The notes under the pieces are model-generated. The model was not told the origin of the DNA. It did not search any database and was given only the letters and a program-made list of their open reading frames with translations. Below, piece by piece: positions 13,171-32,495 of a stretch of DNA of 64,000 nucleotides; positions within the stretch are counted from its first letter, which is position 1, and the number at the start of each line of letters is the position of its first letter. The stretch is from NCBI RefSeq assembly GCF_009914755.1, contig NC_060926.1; one strand, given 5' to 3'. Source of the stretch: the human T2T-CHM13v2.0 reference genome, Homo sapiens. Made by a program: the position numbers and the translations under genes.

Positions 13171-16056
13171 TAAAGATACTTGATTACAGTATCTTTATTA
13201 TAAATAAAGATATTATAAATAAAGATATTATAAATTACATATATTATAAATATTATATATTATATTATAATATATTTTAATATTATATTATATTATAATA
13301 TATTTTAATATTATATTATATTATAATATATTTTAATATTATATTATATTATAATATATTTTAATATTATATTATATTATAATATATTTTAATATATTAT
13401 AATATATTTTAATATTATATTATATTATAATATATTATTAATATTATATTATATTATAATATATTATTAATATTATATTATATTATAATATATTATAATA
13501 TTATATTATATTATAATATATTATTAATATTATATTATATTATAATATATTATTAATATTATATTATATTATAATATATTATTAATATTATATTATATTA
13601 TAATATATTATTAATATTATATTATATTATATTATAATATATTTTAATATTATATTATATTATAATATATTATTAATATTATATTATATTATAATATATT
13701 ATTAATATTATATTATATTATAATATATTATTAATATTATAATACATATTGTATATAATGTTATATATAATATATTATGTTATATATATTATTATTATAT
13801 AACATAATATATTATATATAATATATATAATTATTCATATTAATATTATTAATATATAATATATTAGAGATATTATCTATAATATATTAGAGATATTATC
13901 TATAATATATTATAGATATTATATAATATATTGTAGATATAATAGATTAGATATAATATGTAATAGATTAGATATAATTATATCTAATATATATTATATC
14001 TAATCTATTACATATTATATCTAATACATATTATATCTAATCTATTATATATTATATCTAATACATATTATATCTAATCTATTGTATATTATATCTAATA
14101 TATAATATATTATATATAATATATTATATATTATATATTATATACAATATATTATATATTATATAATATATAATATATTATATATAATATATTATATCTA
14201 ATATATTACATATTATATCTAATCTATTATAGATATAATATGTAATATATTATATATTATATCTAATAGATATTAGATATAATATATAATATATTATTAA
14301 TATAATATATTAGATATAATATATAATATAATAATATATAATATATATTATTGGTAATATATAATATATAATTAATAATATATATTATATATAATTATTA
14401 TGAATAATATATCATATATAATATCTAGTATATTATATATTAATAACATATAAATATTATATTAATAATAAATAACATATTAATATTATATTAATAATAT
14501 ATAATATACTAATATTATATTAATAATATATAATATACTAATATTATATTAATAATATATAATATACTAATATTATATTAATAATATATAATATACTAAT
14601 ATTATATTAATAATATATAATATACTAATATTATATTAATAATATATAATATACTAATATATTAAGAATATATAATATACTAATATATTAAGAATATATA
14701 ATATACTAATATTATATTAATAATATATATTTATATTAATAATATATTAATTATTATTAATTAATTATTAATAATTATATAATATTGATTATATTAATAT
14801 TATCAATTTAATAATATTGATTATATATTATATATTATATATTATATATTATATATTATATATTATATATTAATAATATATATTAGATATAATATAATAT
14901 ATTAATAATATATAAGATATAATATAATATATTAATAATATATATTAGATATAATATAATATATTAATAATATATATTAGATATAATATAATATATTAAT
15001 AATATATATTAGATATAATATAATATATTAATAATATATATTAGATGTAATATAATATATTAATAATATATATTAGATGTAATATAATATATTAATAATA
15101 TATATTAGATGTAATATAATATATTAATAATATATATTAGATGTAATATAATATATTAATATATATTAGATGTAATATAATATATTAATATATATTAGAT
15201 GTAATATAATATATTAATAATATATATTAGATATAATATAATATATTAATAATATATTAGATATAATATAATATATTAATAATATATAAGATATAATATA
15301 ATATATTAATAATATATAAGATATAATATAATATATTAATAATATATAAGATATAATATAATATATTAATAATATATATTAGATATATAATATATTAATA
15401 ATATATATTAGATATCTAATATCTATTAGATATCTAATAGATATTATATAATATCTAATATCTATTAGATATCTAATATATATTATATAATATCTAATAT
15501 ATATTAGATATCTAATAGATATTAGATAATATCTAATATCTATTAGATATCTAATATATATTATATAATATCTATTAGATATCTAATATATATTATATAA
15601 TATCTAATATCTATTAGATATCTAATATATATTATAGAATATCTAATATATATTAGATATCTAATAGATATTATATAATATCTAATATATATTAGATATC
15701 TAATAGATATTATATAATATCTAATATATATTAGATATCTAATATATATTACATAATATCTAATATCTATTAGATATCTAATATATATTATATAATATCT
15801 AATATATATTAGATATCTAATATATATTAGATATTATATAATATATATTAGATATCTAATATATATTATATAATATCTAATATATATTAGATATATTATA
15901 TATAATAAAGATATAAATAAAATATTATAAAGATATTATAAAGATCTTTATTATAAATAAAGATACTGTTATCTTTATAATAAATCGTTACTGTTATCTT
16001 TATTTATAATAAAGTATCTTTATTTATAATAAAGATACTGTAATCAAGTATCTTTA
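13171..16056. repeat. ~2.9-kb compound AT-rich minisatellite with perfect 42-bp terminal inverted repeats
   Basis: Almost only A/T; sub-arrays of ~28-29, 29, 30-32 and ~39 bp; 13171-13212 is the exact reverse complement of 16015-16056. Confidence 0.95.
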
Positions 16057-16655
16057 TTTATAATTACCAAAACTTGTTACCAACCAAGATGTCCTTCAGT
16101 ATATAAACTAATAAATAAACTGTGATACATCCAGACATTGGAATAGTATTCAGTGCTAAAAACTAAAGAGCTATCAAGCCATGTAAATACATGGGGGAAA
16201 CTGAAATGTATATTACTAAGTGAAAGAAGGTAATCAGAAAGGGCCACATTCTGTATGATTCTAACTATTTGACAATCTTGAAAAGGGTGTGGAGTTAGTG
16301 AAAAGATCAGTGGTTGTCAGGCACTGTGGGGTCTGGGAACGGTGAATAGGTGGAGTGGAGAGGATTTGTATGGCTGTGAAACTATTCCGTGTGATACTGT
16401 AAGAGTGGATACATGCCATTATACATTTGTCAATGCCCATACAATGTACAACAACAACAGTCAAACTTCATGTAAATTATGGACTTGGGTGATGATGATG
16501 TGTCAATGTAGGTTTATCCATTGTAAAAAAATATATGACTGCTATGGAATGTTGATAGTGGTGGAGGTTGTGCAGGTGTGTGTAGTATGTAGAAACTCTG
16601 TATTTTACATTCAGTTTTTATGTGCTGCCAGAGCTGCTCTAAAAAGTAAAGCAAG
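16050..16655 (+). mobile_element. L1MC1 3' end (right of the AT-rich block)
   Basis: caaccaagatgtccttcagta...gagctatcaagccatg...aaagatcagtggttg...ctgctctaaaaagtaaag. Confidence 0.85.
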
Positions 16656-17159
16656 ACTATGAAAGTGAGTGAAAGAAAAAAAGCAACATTTAAAAAATAA
16701 TTATGTAATATACAATTTTATACATACAATCACATGAAAACTTTACAATGCTTTTGACTAGGGTCTGATGAAGAGTCAGGATGCTGACTTATGCTTCTTT
16801 TAACTAAGCCTTACTTTTTCATTCATGTGATCCCCAATTTTGCTCAGTCTTTTCCAGTGAGCAGATTTTATAGGTTCTTTCTTGATGCCTTTTCAATTCA
16901 GAATCATTAATGACATTGTTCACCTTACATGTTCTTTATTGCTATGTATACTTTAGTGGGGGTTGGAAGGACAAAGGAGAATCTGTTGTTATTTCATTGT
17001 TGTTATTTCATTGCATTTGAAAAACCTCTTCCCTCATCCCTTTGATTTGATTGCTACTGCATCATTTTAATACATTTATTTATTTTTAAAAGCATAGCTG
17101 TTTTCATTTTACATCAATATTTTATAACATTATTTTGTCCAACTTTTAAATTTAGTTTA

Positions 17160-20770
<3,611 letters not shown>

Positions 20771-20780
20771 TAAAAGAGCA

Positions 20781-21688
20781 GGAGGGGAGGAGCCAAGATG
20801 GCCAAATAGGAACAGCTCTGGTCTACAGCTCCCAGCGTGAGCAACGCAGAAGACGGGTGATTTCTGCATTTCCATCTGAGGTACCGGGTTCATCTCACTA
20901 GGGAGTGCCAGACAGTGAGCGCAGGTCAGTGGGTGCGCGCACCGTGCACAAGCTGAAGCAGGGCGAGGCATTGCCTCACTCGGGAAGCGCAAGGGGTCAG
21001 GGAGTTCCCTTTCCGAGTCAAAGAAAGGGGTGACAGATGGCACCTGGAAAATCGGGTCACTCCCAACCGAATACTGCGCTTTTCCGAAGGGCTTAAAAAA
21101 CGGCGCACCAGGAGATTATATCCTGCACCTGGCTCAGAAGGTCCTAGGCCCACGGAGTCTCACTGATTGCTAGCACAGCAGTCTGAGATCAAACTGCAAG
21201 GTGGCAGCGAGGCTTGGGGAGGGGCACCCGCCATTGCCCAGGCTTGCTTAGGTAAACAAAGCAGCCAGGAAGCTCAAACTGGGTGGAGCCCACCACAGCT
21301 CAAGGAGGCCTGCCTGCCTCTGTAGGCTCCACCTCTGGGGGCAGGGCACAGACAAATAAAAAGACAGCAGTAACCTCTGCAGACTTAAATGTCCCTGTCT
21401 GACAGCTTTGAAGAGAGCAGTGGTTCTCCCAGCACGCAGCTAGAGATCTGAGAATGGGCAGACTGCCTCCTCAAGTGGGTCCCTGACCCCTGACCCCCGA
21501 GCAGCCTAACTGGGAGACACCCCCCAGCAGGGGCAGACTGACACCTCACACGGCCGGGTACTCCAACAGACCTGCAGCTGAGGGTCCTGTCGTTAGAAGG
21601 AAAACTAACAAACAGAAAGGACATCCGCACCAAAAACCCATCTGTACATCACCATGATCAAAGACCAAAAGTAGATAAAACCACAAAG
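20781..21688 (+). promoter_or_regulatory. L1 5' UTR internal sense/antisense promoter
   Basis: YY1 site gccaagatggcc at 20792-20803; RUNX3-region tgcatttccatctgaggta; SOX-type aacaaag near 21255; residual CpG richness. Confidence 0.8.
21160..21234 (-). pseudogene. ORF0: L1 ORF0 truncated at codon 25 (CGA>TGA)
   Basis: Minus strand reads MAGAPPQASLPPCSLISDCCASNQ*; the downstream part survives as track ORF 20926-21153 (GPSEPGAGYNLLVRRFLS). Confidence 0.85.
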
Positions 21689-22704
21689 ATGGGGAAAAAA
21701 ACAGAACAGAAAAACTGGAAACTCTAAAAAGCAGAGCGCCTCTCCTCCTCCAAAGGAATGCAGTTCCTCACCAGCAACAGAACAAAGCTGGATGGAGAAT
21801 GACTTTGATGAGCTGAGAGAAGAAGGCTTCAGACGATCAAATTACTCCGAGCTACGGGAGGACATTCAAACCAAAGGCGAAGAAGTTGAAAACTTTGAAA
21901 AAAATTTAGAAGAATGTATAACTAGAATAACCAATACAGAGAAGTGCTTAAAGGAGCTGATGGAGCTGAAAACCAAGGCTCGAGAACTACGTGAAGAATG
22001 CAGAAGCCTCAGGAGCCGATGCGATCAACTGGAAGAAAGGGTATCAGCAATGGAAGATGAAATGAATGAAATGAAGCGAGAAGGGAAGTTTAGAGAAAAA
22101 AGAATAAAAAGAAACGAGCAAAGACTCCAAGAAATATGGGACTATGTGAAAAGACCAAATCTACGTCTGATTGGTGTACCTGAAAGTGACGGGGAGAATG
22201 GAACCAAGTTGGAAAACACTGCAGGATATTATCCAGGAGAACTTCCCCAATCTAGCAAGGCAGGCCAACATTCAGATTCAGGAAATACAGAGAATACCAC
22301 AAAGATACTCCTCGAGAAGAGCAACTCCAAGGCACATAATTGTCAGATTCACCAAAGTTGAAATGAAGGAAAAAATGTTAAGGGCAGCCAGAGAGAAAGG
22401 TCGGGTTACCCTCAAAGGGAAGCCCATCAGACTAACAGCGGATCTCTCGGCAGAAACCCTACAAGCCAGAAGAGAGTGGGGGCCAATATTCAACATTCTT
22501 AAAGAAAAGAATTTTCAACCCAGAATTTCATATCCAGCCAAACTAAGCTTCATAAGTGAATGAGAAATTAAATACTTTACAGACAAGCAAATGCTGAGAG
22601 ATTTTGTCACCACCAGGCCTGCCCTAAAAGAGCTCCTAAAGGAAGCGCTAAACATGGAAAGGAACAACCAGTACCAGCCGCTGCAAAATCATGCCAAAAT
22701 GTAA
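21689..22704 (+). pseudogene. ORF1: L1 ORF1p, disrupted
   Basis: ATG at 21689; extra A in the A-run at ~21695-21701; frameshift near 22220; premature TGA at 22561; peptides MENDFDELREEG and LQDIIQENFPNLARQANIQ. Confidence 0.95.
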
Positions 22705-22740
22705 AGACCATCGAGACTAGGAAGAAACTGCATCAACTAA

Positions 22741-26585
<3,845 letters not shown>

Positions 26586-26824
26586 ACAATGAGAACACAT
26601 GGACACAGGAAGGGGAACATCACACTGGGGGACTGTTGTGGGGTGGGGGGAGGGGGGACGGATAGCATTGGCAGATATACCTAATGCTAGATGAGGAGTT
26701 AGTGCATGCAGCGCACCAGCATGGCACATGTATACATATGTCACTAACCTGCACATTGTGCACATGCACCCTAAAACTTAAAGTATAATAATAATAAATA
26801 AATTAAAAAAATAAAAAAAGAGCA

Positions 26825-28640
26825 ATGAATATTTTTAAATTAATGATTGTATATTTTTCCATCCTTTTACTAATTTTCTATATCATGTTATTTAAAATGA
26901 GTTTTATATAAGCTCATAAAGAGGTTTATCTTGCTTTTTTAATTCATGTGTTTAGATAACTTACACAGAATATAGTTATAATATGGTGAGATTTAAGTCT
27001 ATCAATTATTTTCTTTTGTTTGCTTTTTATTACTCTATTTTCAATTTCCTACCTCCCTGAAGATTATTTGAACATATTTAACATCCTATTTTATTTATTG
27101 GATTTTAGTTTTTTAATATAACTTTTTAGTTGTCTTAACTTTTCACATCCTATTTAAACTATTGAAACTGTTTTACTTGAGGTTTTATCACCTCAAGTAA
27201 AACATGGAAGCTTTACAACTACAGTATGTAGATTCCTTGATCCTCTATGTTTCAGTTTCATACATATTACATCTATTTATATTACAAGATAATGTTAAAA
27301 TATTGGCATATATATTTTAAATGACTTTTGTGGAAAATAATCATTTATCTTATCTAGGTAATTAGTTTCTATTTCTCTGATGATAACTTTTATCTTTCAT
27401 TTCAACAGTGTTTATTTTCGTCTTTTGGAGGATGATGATAATGACTTTTTTAACGTCTTTGCTTAATAATTCCAACATATGGGTCATCTTTGGGTTGGCA
27501 GCTATTAATTGTCTGTTCCCTTATGAATTGGTCAGATTTCCTAGTTGTAATTTTTGTACTATATGCTGGATAATTTGAAATTATCATAGTAATGTTAAAA
27601 TTAAATTAACATAATGTTTTGAAATTCTGCTTCTGTTAAAATTCTCTGTAGAATTGTTAATTTCTTTTTCTTTGTTTTACCAAAAAAAATCTAGTAAACT
27701 TCATGCTATAAATTGTGTGTTATCTATTGTGGGTGATGGATTAAAATGTCAAATCTGCTTGAAATCCTTTTTTATGATCTTTGAGTCCGTCCTATTTGCC
27801 AGTTCAGGTACATTCTTAAACTTGGGTATGTTGTTTATGTTGTAATTTAATTATCAAAGATTTTAATAGAATCTTTTGAGTGTATACTACACATTCAGTG
27901 CTTAGAGAGATGGTATTGGGCCATACACAGAGTTAGGAGATTGACATCTTTAGCAATTTTCTCTCTGCCCCCAGAGACCCTTTTCCTGGTTTCTCTCAGT
28001 AATGTGATAGGGTTCTTTCAGAATGTTAGCTTCACACACAACTGTATAATGGTTGGCACTGGGCTAATGTGGCTACAGAAAAAAAAAAAGGAGAATAAAG
28101 ATCAGGCTTCTCTTAACAGATTTTTTTTGTTTGTTTTTTGTTTTGTTTGGTTTTTGTCCTATTCATCCATTGAAATAAGTTCTTTTAGAGTTCTTTGTGC
28201 CCTGCTCCCTACTCCCATGACAGTAGGGATTTTGTGTTTTGTGTAATGTGGGCAAGAACATGGTAATAACATAGAAAAGAGAAAACACCAAATAGGTGAT
28301 CACTCTATTTACATTCTTGGGCTCACAGATTTTCCTTTCCCAGTTCTCAGGCCAGAAAAGTAGACTATTCTTAGATTTTAATGTCTATTTCTGTTATTCA
28401 ATTCCCTGATTCTACTCACTTGAGTCAAGCCTTGGGTAAAAGGAGGAGGACAGGAAAAATCTCATCATCACTACATGGGTATTTCTTCAAGTTTTGACTT
28501 TTTTCACTCATCAATCACTTGTTATTATTTATTTTTCAGAGTCCTTTGGGAGTTTATACTTGTAATCTGTTGGCAGATTTTAACTGGGGCCAGTCAGAAA
28601 GAAAACTTGAAGTGGAATGACTCCATCTTGGCTTGTACTA
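26825..28640 (-). mobile_element. Continuation of ancient L1M antisense fragments
   Basis: atatttttccatccttttac resumes the host L1 after the TSD; aataattccaacatatgggtcatct resembles old L1 5' regions. Confidence 0.55.
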
Positions 28641-28664
28641 AAATCCTTACTAACTTGTTGTTTT

Positions 28665-29880
28665 TTAAATATTTATTTTATATAGTTTAGCTTTATAGAA
28701 ATCCAACTAATATATAAATAACTTCATATATTTAATGTATAAAATGTGATGGTTTTGTACTTATGTATATAGCTGTGATACCATCACCACAATTAATATA
28801 ATAAACATACCCTTCACATCAAGACATTTTCTTGTGTCTCTTTGCTTTTATATTTTTGTGTGTGCTAGGAACACATAACATAGATCTACCTTCTTAAAAT
28901 TTTAAATGCACAATGCTTTATTGTTAAGTACAGGCGCTATATATGTAGCAGATCTCTGAATTTACTCCACTTGTATAACTGTAAGTATACCCAGCGAAAA
29001 TCCCCATTTCCCCTCACCCCATGCCATGACAATCACAATTCTATTTTTCGCCTCTATAATTCTACTTTAAATACTTTCATACATGTGGAATCATGTACTA
29101 TTTGTCCCTCTGTGATTAACTTACTTCACATAGCATAATGTCTTCTTTCTTTTTTTAAGGCTGATAATAGTTCATTTTATATATATCTATATCTATATAT
29201 ATGTATATATAGTCTTTCTTTTTTAAGGCTGAATAATAGTTCTCTCTATATATAGAACTATAGACATTGTAGTCATGTTATGCTTAGGACTTAAGGCACC
29301 CATGATTCAGAGTCTATAGGTAAGTTATTTAACTCAGATGGTTTCTAAAGCAAATGTATAAATTAAAATTGCTGGAGATTGAACGGCTTTGACCTATTTT
29401 GTAAGCTTAAGTTAACGACTGAATATACTTAAATATACATCTGCCAATAATACACACAGGCACACACACTACATTTTAAAGATCCATTTGTCTATTGTTG
29501 GGTTGTTTCCATACCTTGGTTATTATGAATAATGCTAATGCTACAATAAACATGGGAGTGCAGACATTGTTTCAAGATCCTAATTGAATTGTTTCAATTC
29601 TTTTGGATATATAATTGTAAGTGAAAATGCTAGACATATGGTGGTTTTATTTTTAAATTTTTGAAGAAAAATATATAACATATTATATATAATATATAAT
29701 TATATATCATAAATAACCATATCACATAATATATATTTATTATTAATAAATATATTTATTACATATTTATGTAATGTAATTATAAAATAAACAATATATA
29801 TTATATAAGTAATATATATCCATTTTATCAAGTGTGAGGTTTTATTTCATGGTTCAGATTTGCATTTTCTGATGATTTTT
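28665..29880 (-). mobile_element. L1MA9/10-like 3' end, interrupted by templated and AT-rich inserts
   Basis: aacacataacatagatctacc...agcagatctctgaatttac; aataaacatgggagtgcagac. Confidence 0.82.
29261..29449 (+). repeat. ~189-bp dispersed direct copy of 32991-33177
   Basis: tagacattgtagtcatg...atctgccaata occurs at both places, roughly 85-90% identical by eye. Confidence 0.93.
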
Positions 29881-31699
29881 TTAATCTATTTTCTTTATTC
29901 AAGGCAAATGACCCTTTTATTTTACAGACAGCAACAAATATCCCACAAGCAAGCAAACATACATTCATATATAGACACAAATTTTATTTTCTTCTGATTA
30001 AAAGGATTGGTGTTAGTCTTGGAAAACTGTAGCACTGTCAATAAGAGGAAAGAAAAGATTTTATAATATTGGATGGTGATTTATTTTATTTCAGAGACAA
30101 TTTTATTTCTACTTCCTATGTAATTTAGTACTTGAATTCCTTAAATCAAATATCCAGGGTTCTTGATTTTCCAATGTAAGTAGAGAAATAAAAAATATTG
30201 AAGTAAGGTGAACTGTCCTAGTAGAAATATAATTAACAGAGAATTTTGTAATAATTCTGCATTATTCTACTTTCTTTTTTCATTTTATTGTGTTTTCTTA
30301 GATTCACATTTCTTTCAATGTGATAGTCCTTTTAGTTTTGCACTTATTAGAGCTCACTTTATTAATAGAATATATATAAATATACACACATATACATATA
30401 TATAATTTTTCTTTTATTTTCTCTGACATAAATATCTAGACTATTTTACCAATAATGTTTTGTGTCAGAAAATAATGAATCAAAATGGAAAATTATTTTT
30501 GCAATACAGATACAAATTGCTATGGTGGCTAGAATGATAGCTAAATGTATTTCATATGGACAAAGTATTTTATAATTTGCAAAATAAATTCCAGAAGGAT
30601 ATTTGTTGGCTGTTGAACAAATGAAGATATTATTTGCCCTAAATTTGATAATCTCCTATTTATTCCCTTCTTCTTAATATTCTCAAGGGAAATTCAAGAA
30701 AACACATGTTATTTGTCCCTGACATTAGCCTAGAACTTAGAGGAGTGCAGCTGCATTGCAAGGTAACTTCCCCTTGCATGGCCTAGGCAACTTTGCTGAC
30801 CAGATTCAGATTTTACCTGTATACTTTGAGGGATAAGTCAAATCAGAGAACTACCTCAAGTAAAGAGCTGAACAATGCGCATGTAAAAGTTTACTTAAAT
30901 GCCAGAAAAAAAGATTTCTAAGGCTACAGTTGTGAGAAGTGACTCACTGTGCAGTTGGGAGAGTATCAGGAAGAATAGGACTATGGTCAAAGGTACCTTG
31001 ATGTGTGCAGCATTGAACACTTTATCTATCATAGCTGATGGCCCTGTGAAATGTCTTTGTATTTGACCAATCCAAATAAACCCTCTACTTAGAGTGAAAT
31101 GGAGTGGGGAGGAAATGGGATGTCAAGAAAGGGTTTTTTCTTTAAATATGAAAAAGAAATAGACAAAAATGAACATGTACATACATGCGCATAGTCACTC
31201 CAAGGGAGAAACGTAATTACGATATGAAAATACAAAGAAAGATTGTCCAATTATATAACAAGTTAAAATATGGTAAAATTTTGAGCAACTGATTAAGTTA
31301 AAGTCAGAAATTTTGTTTACTTACCTGTTTAGTTTATTGTTTTTTTCTACTTTCTATAAGAAACATAATAACCTTCTCCAATGAAGAATAATTATATATT
31401 TTTTCATAAGTAAAATTTAAGTAAGAAGCTAATAGTTGTGCCATTATGTCCAATGCTCATTTCAGTTAGTACTATTTATTTATTTTCCATCAACATCAAC
31501 AGAATTATTATTTTAAAAATAAATTAATTTCAAATCTCAGATTCAAACTTCTGTGTTTTTCCCAAAAACTATATTAAACCATTTCAAAAAGTGCCTCTAC
31601 TTTTCTAAAATATTATGTTAATAAAAATTGCTTTTCTATGTTAATCTTATTAAAATAGCTCAGATTCACAGATCTTTCAATGATATACACACATACCTA

Positions 31700-31762
31700 G
31701 GTGTATATATGTGTGTATGTGTGTGTGCATGTCTGTGTGTATGTGTGGGTGTATTATTTTCC

Positions 31763-31819
<57 letters not shown>

Positions 31820-31970
31820 CATTTGTGTATATAGATTTAGTTATCTATACACATAGAGATAGACAGACATGGGAAAAAAATACACCCACACAGACACACA
31901 CATACATATACCCACACAGACACAAAAACACACATACACCTATCTAATAGATAGACAGATAGACATAGCT
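31700..31970. repeat. Compound (TG)n/(TA)n/(CA)n microsatellite region
   Basis: Direct reading. Confidence 0.85.
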
Positions 31971-32189
31971 AGGGAAATTATACACCCTTTTTAAAATTTT
32001 ACCTGATTGTCATAAAATGTTGTTTTTTTTTTTTTTTTTCAAAAAATAGCATGCCATTCTCTATCTCTTTTTTTGTCAGTTGAGATTAGTCAATATTTCC
32101 AATCTTTGAAATCAGGCAAAGAAAACAGAAAATTTTCATGCATATAATTATTTGACTCATAAATATTATTGAATAAAACAATCCTTATT

Positions 32190-32495
<306 letters not shown>

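Noticed and set aside
13255-15900. CRISPR-like array (28-39-bp repeats)
   Set aside because: Tandem units without unique spacers, no cas genes, primate genomic context
13171-16056. DNA transposon, foldback element or viral ITR identity; identity with FRA16B or FRA10B
   Set aside because: No TSD or coding remnant; the TIR seems locally derived; units do not exactly match the remembered FRA16B repeat and no TACGTA (FRA10B-type) repeats are seen
26627-26660. G-quadruplex-forming G-tract
   Set aside because: Standard part of the L1PA 3' UTR, not locus-specific
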